From NCBI GenBank assembly GCA_964533495.1, contig CAZHJU010000001.1, positions 45,124 through 109,123 on the forward strand: a stretch of DNA of 64,000 nt, given 5' to 3'. The DNA comes from an uncultured Bordetella sp. Lineage in GTDB: Bacteria; Pseudomonadota; Gammaproteobacteria; Burkholderiales; SG8-41. Under the pieces are notes generated by a model. The model had not been told where the DNA came from, did not search any database, and saw only the letters and a program-made list of their open reading frames with translations. How positions within the stretch are numbered: position 1 is the first letter of the stretch; each line of letters opens with the position of its first letter. A program made the position numbers and the translations under genes. Positions 9,654-18,489 of the stretch are shown in pieces.

Positions 9654-11999
9654 CTACTCCTTGCGCGATGCCGGAACCTGCGCGCAGGCCAGCGCCTGCG
9701 CCTCCGGTTCCGGACGATTGATTGAACTGCCCGGCGCCTGGGCACCCGGCTCGACGCGCACCCATTCGATTTGTCCGGTGTAACGAAACCCCCCCTGTGC
9801 CGCGTACCGCCCGGAAGCCGGCTGACGCCTGTCGATGCCGACATCAAGACCTTCCGAAGGCAATCGTCCGATGGTCGGCGACATCGGGGTTTCGGGAACC
9901 ATCTCGATGCCGTTCAGCAGCAGTCGCCCCGAGCCTTTGCGCGCCCCCAGCGCGCGGAATTCAAATATCGCCTCCTGAGGGCCGGGCTGCAGCCGCAACG
10001 CCCCGAACTCCTGGGGCTCCGGCCAGCGCTGGTAGATGAAATGCAGGCCGCCGTCCATCACATACAGAAGGACTCCCCCGAAGATTCCGCCCAGCGAATA
10101 GATGACCCCGCAGTCATCGTCCCTATAATGGAAACGCGCGATCATTCTGAAACAGCGGTCGGCGAAAAGCTGGGACACGCTGACGCGCTCCGCGGTCTGC
10201 GCCCCCGGATAGAACACGCGCGGCATGTTTATGAGCGGCAGCCGGTACGGCGGGACCGACATCGACTTGTCGTAGCCGCGGTTGTCTATCGGATAAACAC
10301 TGTTCTCGAAAGCCTCGGCATCAAACGATTTCGCTAGATCGCGCACCCGGTCCGGAAAGACCCGTGCCAGGTTCTCGATCTCAGTGGGATCCTCTCCGAG
10401 ATTGAACAGCATCCAGTTGTCGAGATCAACGGCCTTGTCGGGCGCCTGCAACGACACGATCTTCCAGCCATCCCGGATGTAGCCTCGGTTGCCGTCCAGC
10501 TCATAATGCTGCGCGGTCCGCCGCTCCGGGGCCGCGGGGTCGCCCAGCATCGCCGCGAAACTGCTTCCGTCGAGGGGCGGAGTCCTGCGGCCGCCGGATT
10601 CTTCCGGGCGGTAAGCACCGGTGATCTCCATGATCGTGGGCAGCACATCGGTGACATGCACCCATTGCCGGCGAATCGCGCCGGGATCGGCAATCTTTTC
10701 CGGATAGCGAACGATCAGCGGCACCCGGATTCCGCCGTTGACGGGGGTGCGCTTAAAGTTACGGAAAGGCGTGTTGGATACCTGCGCCCAGCCCAGCGGA
10801 TAGGCGATGTAGGTATCGGGGCCCCCGAATCCGCCGCCTTCGACCAGCGCACGAATCTTGGCATCGCTGTCGGCACCACCCAGCCGCCGCTGCCAGCCGT
10901 TGACCGCACCTTCATCTCCGCCCATCGCACTGGCGCCGTTATCGGAAGCAAGGACGATCAGCGTGTTGTCGAGCTGGCCCGCCTGTTCAAGGAAGGCCGT
11001 CAACCGCCCGATGTTGCCATCCAGATTATCGACCAATGCCGCGTAGACCTCCATGTAGCGTGCATACAGCTCCCTTTTGTCCGCGGGCAGGCCGGACCAG
11101 GACTGCACGCCCGGATTCGGCGGCGGCAGGCGTATCTCCGGCGGCATCAACCCGAGCTCGATCTGCCTGCGCAGGCGCTGCTCACGACAGGCATCCCAGC
11201 CCGCGTCGTAGCGTCCTCGGTATTTCCGCAGTTCTTCCGGGCGCGCCTGCAGCGGCATGTGCGGCGCGTTGTACGCGAGATAAAGGAAAAAAGGCTTGGC
11301 CGGATTGCTGCCGAGATGTTCCTTGGTCCATCGGATTGCGCGATCGGTCCAGTCGTCTGTCGCGAAATAGCCCGGAGGATAAGTGTCCATGTCGAGCGTC
11401 TGCGTACCTTCGTAGAGGCAGTCCGGATAAAAATAACTGGTTTCCGAGGCAATGAATCCGTAGAACTTGTCAAAACCCCGCCGGGTCGGCCACGAGGATT
11501 TGTCGCCCGCCGCGCTGGCATCGTGCTCCTTGGTGTTGTGCCACTTGCCGATGCACATCGTGGAGTACCCGTTGCTCCGGAGCAATTCCGCCATCGTCGG
11601 CGCATCCGGCGAGATCTCGCCGCCATACCCGGGATAACCCGGATCGCCGTGTGTCAGCCAGCCGCAGCCGACCGAATGCGGGTTCTTGCCGGTCAGCAGG
11701 GCCGCCCGCGCCGGTGTGCACATCGGGACTGTCGTGTAGTTGCCGAAGCGCAGTCCCTCCCGCGCAAGCCTGTCGATATGGGGCGTTTCGATTTCCGAAC
11801 CAAAAGAACCCAAATCGCTATACCCCATGTCATCCAGAAAGATGACCACGATATTGGGCGCAGCCGCCGGAGCAACGTGCTGCGGCGGCCACCAGGGCGT
11901 GGAATCGGCCAGGGTTTTGCCGATGCGGCCCCGGAACCCGTTCACCGTTTTCCCGAATTCCCCCCCGCCCGCACCAGAGCGTTTCTTCGAATCTGCCAT
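9654..11999 (-). CDS. arylsulfatase-family (Cys-type, formylglycine-dependent) sulfatase, long form, no signal peptide
   Basis: ORF 9654-12086. Start moved to ATG 11999 (MADSKKRSG...). Contains NIVVIFLDDMGYSDLG and the sulfatase signature C-T-P-A-R (MCTPARAALLTGKN). About 250 extra C-terminal residues. No N-terminal export signal. Confidence 0.85.
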   Translation of the reverse strand: MADSKKRSGAGGGEFGKTVNGFRGRIGKTLADSTPWWPPQHVAPAAAPNIVVIFLDDMGYSDLGSFGSEIETPHIDRLAREGLRFGNYTTVPMCTPARAALLTGKNPHSVGCGWLTHGDPGYPGYGGEISPDAPTMAELLRSNGYSTMCIGKWHNTKEHDASAAGDKSSWPTRRGFDKFYGFIASETSYFYPDCLYEGTQTLDMDTYPPGYFATDDWTDRAIRWTKEHLGSNPAKPFFLYLAYNAPHMPLQARPEELRKYRGRYDAGWDACREQRLRRQIELGLMPPEIRLPPPNPGVQSWSGLPADKRELYARYMEVYAALVDNLDGNIGRLTAFLEQAGQLDNTLIVLASDNGASAMGGDEGAVNGWQRRLGGADSDAKIRALVEGGGFGGPDTYIAYPLGWAQVSNTPFRNFKRTPVNGGIRVPLIVRYPEKIADPGAIRRQWVHVTDVLPTIMEITGAYRPEESGGRRTPPLDGSSFAAMLGDPAAPERRTAQHYELDGNRGYIRDGWKIVSLQAPDKAVDLDNWMLFNLGEDPTEIENLARVFPDRVRDLAKSFDAEAFENSVYPIDNRGYDKSMSVPPYRLPLINMPRVFYPGAQTAERVSVSQLFADRCFRMIARFHYRDDDCGVIYSLGGIFGGVLLYVMDGGLHFIYQRWPEPQEFGALRLQPGPQEAIFEFRALGARKGSGRLLLNGIEMVPETPMSPTIGRLPSEGLDVGIDRRQPASGRYAAQGGFRYTGQIEWVRVEPGAQAPGSSINRPEPEAQALACAQVPASRKE

Positions 12000-12147
12000 T
12001 TGATTTCTGCTCCTCGCGCAGGAAGAACACATCCTGAAAACCCCCGACCCACACGGCGGCACGCCAGCTTTCCGGCATGCCGCCAACGATCGTCATTATT
12101 GACAATCATACAAGCGGCAATCACACTCTTCAACTTTATAGAATAAC

Positions 12148-12166
12148 TGTTCTGTTAGGCAGAACA
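12148..12166. promoter_or_regulatory. 7-5-7 inverted repeat in a divergent promoter region (candidate operator)
   Basis: tgttctg-ttagg-cagaaca. It sits in the 198-bp gap between the sulfatase start (11999, minus) and the Bug gene start (12198, plus), in a locally AT-richer stretch. Confidence 0.35.
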
Positions 12167-12197
12167 ATGGAAACCCCAACCGAGAGGAGAAAATCCA

Positions 12198-13205
12198 ATG
12201 GGAAGATCAAATGACACAAGCCGCCGTCCATCATCGAAAACGGCGGCGGCCGCAATGGCCATGCTGCTGGCTGGCGCCGCGGCATCCAGCACGCCGGCGG
12301 CCGGCCAGGAATACCCGGCGAAGCCGATACGCCTGATCGTCCCCTTTGCGCCCGGCGGCGGGACCGACCGGGTGGGCAGGACAATGGCCGCCAAGATGTC
12401 GCAACCCCTCAAACAGCAGATGATCGTCGACAATCGCCCCGGCGCGGCCACGGTCATAGGCTCCGAAATCGTGGCAAGAGCCGCTCCGGACGGATATACG
12501 CTTCTGCTGTGCGCGCTCCCGCATGCGACCAATCCGAGTCTGCTGAAAAAACTGCCCTATGACACCCTGCGCGACTTCGCACCGATCACGCTGACGGCGA
12601 AGATTCCTTCCGTGCTTCTGGTCAACGCGAAAGTGCCGACAAAATCCATAAAAGAACTGGTTGCGCTCTCGAAATCGACCGCCGCAGGGCTGAACTACGG
12701 AACGCCTGGCAACGGCACGGCCCCCCATCTCGCAATGGAGCTTTTCAAGATCGCCAGCGGAATGAATGCGGCGCATATCCCTTACAAGGGCGCAGGTCCG
12801 CAGGTCACTGCCTTGGTATCCGGCCAGATTGATCTCGCGTTCGCCACGATATCAACCGCGCGCACTCATGTAGGAACCGGCAGGCTTCGTGCGCTGGCAA
12901 TCGCCACCCTGCAGAAATCCACCGCCCTCCCCGATGTGCCGACCCTGTCGGAAAGCGGCTACCCCGGATTCGAGGCTTACGCCTGGTTCGGGCTGCTGGC
13001 ACCCGCAGGAACGCCGCGGCGCATCATCCAGACCCTTAACCGGGAGGCGAATGCCGCGCTCAACCTGCCCGATGTCCGGGCTTCCTTTGAGGCCGACGGC
13101 ATCGATGCCGCACCGGGCAGCATCGATGCGCTGGACAAGCACATCAGAAGCGAGATCGATAAATGGACGAAAGTCATCCGTCAGGCAAACATAACCCCTG
13201 AATGA
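12198..13205 (+). CDS. Bug/TctC-family TTT substrate-binding protein
   Basis: 335 aa. RBS gagaggag lies upstream. Signal peptide, then QEYPAKPIRLIVPFAPGGGTD. Confidence 0.9.
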   Translation: MGRSNDTSRRPSSKTAAAAMAMLLAGAAASSTPAAGQEYPAKPIRLIVPFAPGGGTDRVGRTMAAKMSQPLKQQMIVDNRPGAATVIGSEIVARAAPDGYTLLLCALPHATNPSLLKKLPYDTLRDFAPITLTAKIPSVLLVNAKVPTKSIKELVALSKSTAAGLNYGTPGNGTAPHLAMELFKIASGMNAAHIPYKGAGPQVTALVSGQIDLAFATISTARTHVGTGRLRALAIATLQKSTALPDVPTLSESGYPGFEAYAWFGLLAPAGTPRRIIQTLNREANAALNLPDVRASFEADGIDAAPGSIDALDKHIRSEIDKWTKVIRQANITPE

Positions 13206-13227
13206 CCACGTCACTCGCGGAACTCCG

Positions 13228-14076
13228 ATGAACGTCAAAAATCCCGGTGCCATTGAAACCGTTAACGGCACCGGGGTCTGCATTTCGCGGCAACCAGGAA
13301 GACCCCTGATCCTGCTGGTGCGCATGGCAAGCCGGGAGATGGGCGTATGGGATTCGGCATGGGATTTCCTGTGCGGATATTTCACCGTGGCGCAATTCGA
13401 CCTGGAAATGCCCTCGGCCGCCGCCCTCGAAGATCCGCGGGCGGTTTTCGCCAAACTATCGGAAGACTGCGTGCACATCGCCGACGGCCTGGGCTTCCGG
13501 ACATTTCACATGATCGGATGGACCGGCGGCGCACATGTGGCCCTGCGCTGCGCGGCGGACAATCCGGGCCTGCTCCGTTCCTGCACGCTGCTCAGCCCCT
13601 TTTGTCCCCTGCCAGACATGCGCCCCCTCGAAAAAGGGCTCAAATTCATGCAGACCCTGATGGAACACGGCGGCCGTGAGCTGTATTCCTACTACTGGTT
13701 TATGTCCGGATTCAGCCCGGAATTCCTGCACTCGGAATTCGGCAAGGTCAAAGCCATGGTCGATGCCCGGATGTCAGGTGACCGGTTCATCAAGACCGAC
13801 ACCCGGCGCGCCCTGCAATGGATACACGCGTTGCGGGGCTTCTGGGTCGATGACCGCGAACTCGAGAAACTCGAGCTTCCGGTTCTTGTGGTCGGCCCCG
13901 GACTCGATGCCGGCTTCGTCGGTCCAACCTCCCGGATGGCGGCGCTGCTGCACACAAAGATTCCAGGCTCAAAACTGAAGCTCGCCGAAAACCGTGGCAG
14001 CCTGTTCCTGCTCGAAGCACCAGAGATTTTCCCGGAATTGACCCGGGATTTTTTTGCACGGGTTGCCCGGCAGTAA
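13228..14076 (+). CDS. alpha/beta-hydrolase-fold protein with atypical nucleophile elbow (G-W-T-G-G)
   Basis: 282 aa. Fold pattern is ...FHMIGWTGGAHVALRCAADNPGLL... Thr sits where the catalytic Ser of G-x-S-x-G is expected. Confidence 0.6.
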   Translation: MNVKNPGAIETVNGTGVCISRQPGRPLILLVRMASREMGVWDSAWDFLCGYFTVAQFDLEMPSAAALEDPRAVFAKLSEDCVHIADGLGFRTFHMIGWTGGAHVALRCAADNPGLLRSCTLLSPFCPLPDMRPLEKGLKFMQTLMEHGGRELYSYYWFMSGFSPEFLHSEFGKVKAMVDARMSGDRFIKTDTRRALQWIHALRGFWVDDRELEKLELPVLVVGPGLDAGFVGPTSRMAALLHTKIPGSKLKLAENRGSLFLLEAPEIFPELTRDFFARVARQ

Positions 14077-14107
14077 TTCACTGTCCGCGGCAAACGCCCT
14101 GCTCAAG

Positions 14108-14611
14108 TCAAGTCGCCGCCAATTCCGGCATGAAGGGAAGGTCGGTCACGCCGGGATCGATGCCCAGTTGCGACAGCAGCGTCGTCAACTGGCCGCGGTG
14201 GTGGGTCTGGTGGTTGAAGAGATGCGTGACCGCCACCCAGGCCGGCATCGAGCGCGACTTGCGGTCGACGTTGCTGACATAGGTGAAAGGCGCGGCGAGC
14301 CATCCGTCGGTGAGCGTCGCGGTCCAGTCGAGGATGCGCGCATCCATCGCCTCGCGCGCGGCGCGCAGTTCACCGAAACCGGCGTGCAGCTCGGCAATGA
14401 TGGTCTTCGGCGTTGCGGTTCCCTGAAAACGCCCCATCCACACGATATCGCCGAACAGCAGGTGATTCAGCGTGCCGTGGATGGATTTGAAGAAGGCGCC
14501 GCGATCCTTTTTGCGTTCGGCGTCGGGGATGTCCGCGCACAGGGCGTAGAGCCTTTCGTTCATCCAGCGGTTGTAGCGGGCCATCAGGGCACAGTGCGCG
14601 GGCGATACCAT
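14108..14611 (-). CDS. DinB-family (damage-inducible, four-helix bundle) protein
   Basis: ORF 14108-15238. Start moved to ATG 14611 (MVSPAHCALMARYNRWMNERL...). Contains the DinB-type His motifs HGTLNHLL and HLFNHQTHHRGQ. Confidence 0.75.
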   Translation of the reverse strand: MVSPAHCALMARYNRWMNERLYALCADIPDAERKKDRGAFFKSIHGTLNHLLFGDIVWMGRFQGTATPKTIIAELHAGFGELRAAREAMDARILDWTATLTDGWLAAPFTYVSNVDRKSRSMPAWVAVTHLFNHQTHHRGQLTTLLSQLGIDPGVTDLPFMPELAAT

Positions 14612-14622
14612 GGCGGAATTCC

Positions 14623-15180
14623 TCAGGCCAGCTTGCCGAGCGCGGCGACGATGATGTACGTGCCCAGCATCAGCAGCGCGACGAAGAACACCGTGCGGAA
14701 ACGCTGCTCGGAAAGCCGCGCGCGCAGGCGCTGGCCGAGCACCATGCCGGCCAGCGCCGGCAGCACCGCGCCCGCCGACAGCAGGCCGGCCCAGCTTTCG
14801 TGGCGCAGCGGAATGGCGAGACGCACGCCGCCGAGACTCAGCAGCGCGTAACTCGCCAGCAACACCCCCAGCAGCGCCGTCAGCAGCGCGAGGTCGACGC
14901 GGGTCAGCGCGGCGGCGCCGACCCACGCGGTCGCGGTGGCCATCAGCAGGAAGGGCCAGATGCGCAGCGCGACTTCGCGGGTGTGCGCGCCGGCCAGCGC
15001 CTGCCACAGGTTGGTGGCAAAGGACGGCACCAGCAGCAGCGCCATCGCGCTCGGCAGGTCGAAGGCGACGGTGAGCAGCGCGAGGCTGACGGTGGGCAGG
15101 CCGAGGCCGATGACGCCCTTGACCATGCCGGCAAGCAGGAAGGTGCCGGTGACGGCCAGGATCACGCTGGTGTCGGGCAT
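14623..15180 (-). CDS. TSUP (TauE/SafE-like) family integral membrane protein
   Basis: 185 aa and hydrophobic throughout. N-terminal LLAGMVKGVIGLGLPTVSLALL resembles the TSUP G-x-G-G motif region. Shorter than typical family members. Confidence 0.5.
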   Translation of the reverse strand: MPDTSVILAVTGTFLLAGMVKGVIGLGLPTVSLALLTVAFDLPSAMALLLVPSFATNLWQALAGAHTREVALRIWPFLLMATATAWVGAAALTRVDLALLTALLGVLLASYALLSLGGVRLAIPLRHESWAGLLSAGAVLPALAGMVLGQRLRARLSEQRFRTVFFVALLMLGTYIIVAALGKLA

Positions 15181-15201
15181 GCGGCGCTCTTCTGCACGGA
15201 T

Positions 15202-16182
15202 TCAGTAGCGGCGGCCGTCCTTGTGCATGAACGCCCACTGTCCCGCGGCGTCGAGCACGGCCTGCAGGTCGTCGTCGGGATAAACCACGCGGTCCCCGGC
15301 GCCGCGGTCTCCGATCTCAAGATACACCACCTCCCCGTCGCCGCGGTTGACGAGCTGGTGCGCGTCGCCGCTGCCGGCGCGGAAACCGGCGCACATGCCC
15401 GGCGCGAGCGGTGTCTCGCCGGCAGCGGTGACGAGCACCGGGCGGCCTTCGAGGACGTAGATGAATTCGTCCTGCGCGCTGTGCGCATGGCGCAGCGCTG
15501 ATACCGCGCCCGGCGCGAGGCGCGTCAGGTTGACGCCGAAGTTCCTCAGTCCGAACAGGTCGCCCAGCGGACGTTTCAGCCGGCCGGCCACCCGCGCCGC
15601 GAAGGGCTCGGGATAGTTCGTCTGCTTCGCTTTCGGCGGCGCTTCGGCGGCCACGATCGCGGTGGGGGACTGGGCTTTGTTCATCGGCGGCTCTGGAACG
15701 GGCCGGGCGGCGGGCCCGGATCGCCCATGGTAGCCGCGCGCCGCGCCGGGCGCGACCATCCCGCGCGGCGCGATGAACCGCTGCCACGCCTGCCGCAGCC
15801 GGCGCGCGGCACCGGTGACCATCGCCGCGAACCAGCGTGCCATCTCCTGCCGGGCCTCGCGGTGCAGCCGTTCCGTGAATCCGGCATCGACGCGGACCAC
15901 GTTGCGCGTCCAGTCCGCGGCGGGAACCGGATCGACACGATGGACGGCGATGCGCGTGCCGTCCCTGATGGCGCTGGCGACGACCAGGCCCGTGCCGGCG
16001 GAACAGTAACGCGCACCGGCCGGAACCATGTGGTCCAGCGGGTCGCCTTCCTGGGTGACCCAGATCAGGCCATCGAGACAGCGAATGACCGTGCCGCGCC
16101 CGGCCGCAACGCGGCGGATGTCACCGGTGGCGAGATCGTGCAATTGCCGTCCGTGCTTGTCGCGGTCTGTTCCGGTGCCCAT
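15202..16182 (-). CDS. DUF2917-like N-terminal domain fused in frame to a cupin domain
   Basis: Single 326-aa ORF with no internal stop. The N-terminus (GTVIRCLDGLIWVTQEGDPLDHMVPAG) resembles DUF2917. The C-terminal ~160 aa (from MNKAQSP...; HAHSAQDEFIYVLEGRP...GFRAGSGDAHQLVN) is a cupin. Divergent from a LysR gene. Confidence 0.6.
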   Translation of the reverse strand: MGTGTDRDKHGRQLHDLATGDIRRVAAGRGTVIRCLDGLIWVTQEGDPLDHMVPAGARYCSAGTGLVVASAIRDGTRIAVHRVDPVPAADWTRNVVRVDAGFTERLHREARQEMARWFAAMVTGAARRLRQAWQRFIAPRGMVAPGAARGYHGRSGPAARPVPEPPMNKAQSPTAIVAAEAPPKAKQTNYPEPFAARVAGRLKRPLGDLFGLRNFGVNLTRLAPGAVSALRHAHSAQDEFIYVLEGRPVLVTAAGETPLAPGMCAGFRAGSGDAHQLVNRGDGEVVYLEIGDRGAGDRVVYPDDDLQAVLDAAGQWAFMHKDGRRY

Positions 16183-16314
16183 AATGAATGCGTCTTCTGC
16201 ATCATTGATCCCGGCGCGACGGCGCCGGCAATGGCGGAACTATGTGACTGGAAATGGCGGCGCGACAAACGGTCATTTCGCAAACCATGAATGCATGAAT
16301 TGCATGCATAAACG

Positions 16315-17286
16315 ATGAACAGCACGCGCGATCTGCCCGCCCTTGATCTGCTGAAGGCCTTCGAGGCCGCGGCCCGCCACCTGTCGTTCACGCGCGCAGG
16401 CGCGGAACTGTGTCTCAGCCAGTCGGCGGTGAGCCGGCAGATCCGGCAGCTTGAAACCCAACTCGGGCTGCCGCTGTTCGTCCGCCGCACGCGCGCGCTG
16501 CTGCTGACCGAGGCGGGCCGGCGCTATTTCCGCGACGTCAGTCAGGCGCTGCACCAGTTGCGCGAGGCCGGCGCGAACCTGCGGGCCGCGCGCGGCGACC
16601 GGGTGGTGACGGTGACGACGGCAATGACCTTCGCCTCGCTGTGGCTGGTGCCGCAGCTCGCGGATTTTCAGCAGCGGCATCCGGACATCGCGGTGCACGT
16701 CGCCGCCGACAACAGCGTGCTCGACCTCGAGCGCGAGCGCATGGACGTGGCGATCCGGTACTCGACGCACCGCCTCGCCGGCCCCGACGCGCTGCGACTG
16801 CTCGGCGAACGCGTGCTGCCGGTGTGCAGCCCGAAGCTGCCCGGCCTGAAGAAACTGCGCGCGCCAGCGGACCTGAAGGGTTTCGTGCTGCTCGAGTTCG
16901 AAGACCCGCAGCAGCTGACGCCCTGGCTGACCTGGGCGGCATGGCTGGAGGCGATGCGTGCGCCGTCGCCCGCGGCGAAGGGCATGCTGCGTTTCAGCCA
17001 CTACGACATGATGCTGCGCACCGCGCTCAACGGCCAGGGCATCGGACTGGGTCGCCTGCCGCTGATCTCGGCGCTGCTCGACGACGGCCTGCTGGTCGCG
17101 CCGCTGGCCGACCGCCGCCACAGCATCCCGACCCCGGACCGCGCCTACTGGCTTATCAGCCCGCCCGCCGCGCGCGAACGTCCGGAGGTGCAGACCTTCA
17201 TGCAGTGGATCCGGGCGCGCATGGCGGCGCTGGAGGGGGGCGGCAGGAAATGCCATGTCGGAGTAAGCACTGACGATCAAATATAA
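16315..17286 (+). CDS. LysR-family transcriptional regulator (GcvA-like)
   Basis: 323 aa. HTH is LDLLKAFEAAARHLSFTRAGAELCLSQSAVSRQIRQLE. Divergent from the DUF2917-cupin gene. Confidence 0.9.
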   Translation: MNSTRDLPALDLLKAFEAAARHLSFTRAGAELCLSQSAVSRQIRQLETQLGLPLFVRRTRALLLTEAGRRYFRDVSQALHQLREAGANLRAARGDRVVTVTTAMTFASLWLVPQLADFQQRHPDIAVHVAADNSVLDLERERMDVAIRYSTHRLAGPDALRLLGERVLPVCSPKLPGLKKLRAPADLKGFVLLEFEDPQQLTPWLTWAAWLEAMRAPSPAAKGMLRFSHYDMMLRTALNGQGIGLGRLPLISALLDDGLLVAPLADRRHSIPTPDRAYWLISPPAARERPEVQTFMQWIRARMAALEGGGRKCHVGVSTDDQI

Positions 17287-17319
17287 ATATTTGTTTTTAT
17301 TAGTATTTTTTATAAATTA
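17279..17319 (+). repeat. AT-rich dispersed repeat, copy A
   Basis: aaatataaatatTTGTTTTTATTagtattttttataaatta. It overlaps the LysR stop codon (TAA 17284-17286). Shares its core with copies at 18451, 38835, 56157, 29803(rc) and 46328(rc). Confidence 0.75.
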
Positions 17320-18356
17320 CCGGCATGCTCTGGCAGCACAGCGGAAATCCGGCACCGTGACGGCAACGATGCCCACGGCACGACCATTCGGCGGTGGCGC
17401 AGCGGCACCCGATCCCGACCGTGCGCGTCCGGCAACCCCGGCCGTTGCGCCCTCACACAGACAGGCGCCGGATCGGCAAAATCACCGATCGACATGCGGA
17501 TCAGCTTGGTCACCTCGCGGCACGCCAGCGAAAGCGGGTGACGCTTCGAGGTGGACAGTGTGACCGTGCGGGTGATGCCCGGACTGACGATCCTTGCCCC
17601 CTGCAATCGTCCCTCCTGCATTTCCCGGGCAATCGCCTGCCGCCACAATATGGCGTAGACGCCCCCCTCGGCCGCGAGGTTCTTCTGCGTGGCCAGCGCA
17701 TCGCACTGGATCAGCACGCGCAGGGAAACGCCGCGCTAACGCGCGAGCTGGTCGAGAACGATGCGCATCGCGTTGGGCGTGCCCGGCAGGACCAGAGGCA
17801 ATTCATGCAGCTGCGCGAACTCGACGCTGCCCTTGCGCAGCAGCGGATCGCCGGCGGAGCCAATCAGGTAGCTGTCGATCGTCACCAGCGGATGGTCCTC
17901 CGGACGCGCATCGCTGCCGTAGCGAAAAAGAATCGCGATGTCGATCTGGCCGGATTCAAGCCATTTGTTCAGTTGCCCCCCGGAACCGTCAAAAATGCGC
18001 AGCTGGATCCCCGGGAACAGTTTCCGCGCGCGGCCAAACAGCTGCGTCACCAAGGGATGCGCGATCGACGGCATGACGCCGACGCGCACCAGTCCGTTCG
18101 GCACGCCGACATCCCCCCGGGCCGAACGCGTGAGTTCATCGGCACTCTCCAGCAATTCCTTGACGCGGGGCAGCAACCGCTTGCCACCTTCGGTCAGGAC
18201 GACACCGCGCCCCGTGCGGTGAAAAAGCGGGCCCCGGCATTCCCGCTCCAGGCTGGCAATCTGCCTGCTGATGACGGATTGCGAAGTCTTGCGCAGACCT
18301 GCGGCGCGGAACACGAGAAAGCGGTGGACTGTAATGAAACCCGGTATAACCCACAA
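17310..18356 (-). pseudogene. LysR-family regulator interrupted by an in-frame TAG
   Basis: ORFs 17736-18356 and 17310-17717 are in the same frame. They are separated by TAG at 17733-17735 (...VLDQLAR*RGVSLRVLIQCDALATQKN...). HTH is QSVISRQIASLE. The only available start is TTG. The true C-terminal extent is uncertain. Confidence 0.65.
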
Positions 18357-18450
18357 GACTATTGAGGAGTTATACAGACATAACTTTCAAGACTGCTGGG
18401 GCCGCTGCCACGAACGGCCGGGGTGACTGACGGAAGCGCGGAAGGGGATC

Positions 18451-18489
18451 TTCATAACTATTTGTTTTCATTGATATTTTTTGATTTTT
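18451..18489 (+). repeat. AT-rich dispersed repeat, copy B
   Basis: ttcataactatTTGTTTTcATTgatattttttgattttt. Same orientation as copy A. It encodes, on the other strand, the last residues ...KSKNINENK* and the stop of the hydrolase gene. Confidence 0.75.

Noticed and set aside
14612-15238. N-terminal 209 codons of ORF 14108-15238, upstream of the DinB domain.
   Set aside because: The composition is a GC-shadow type (RRRAHPRSRAAHLALPADG...), and it overlaps the hydrophobic TSUP gene in another frame. The DinB gene starts at ATG 14611.
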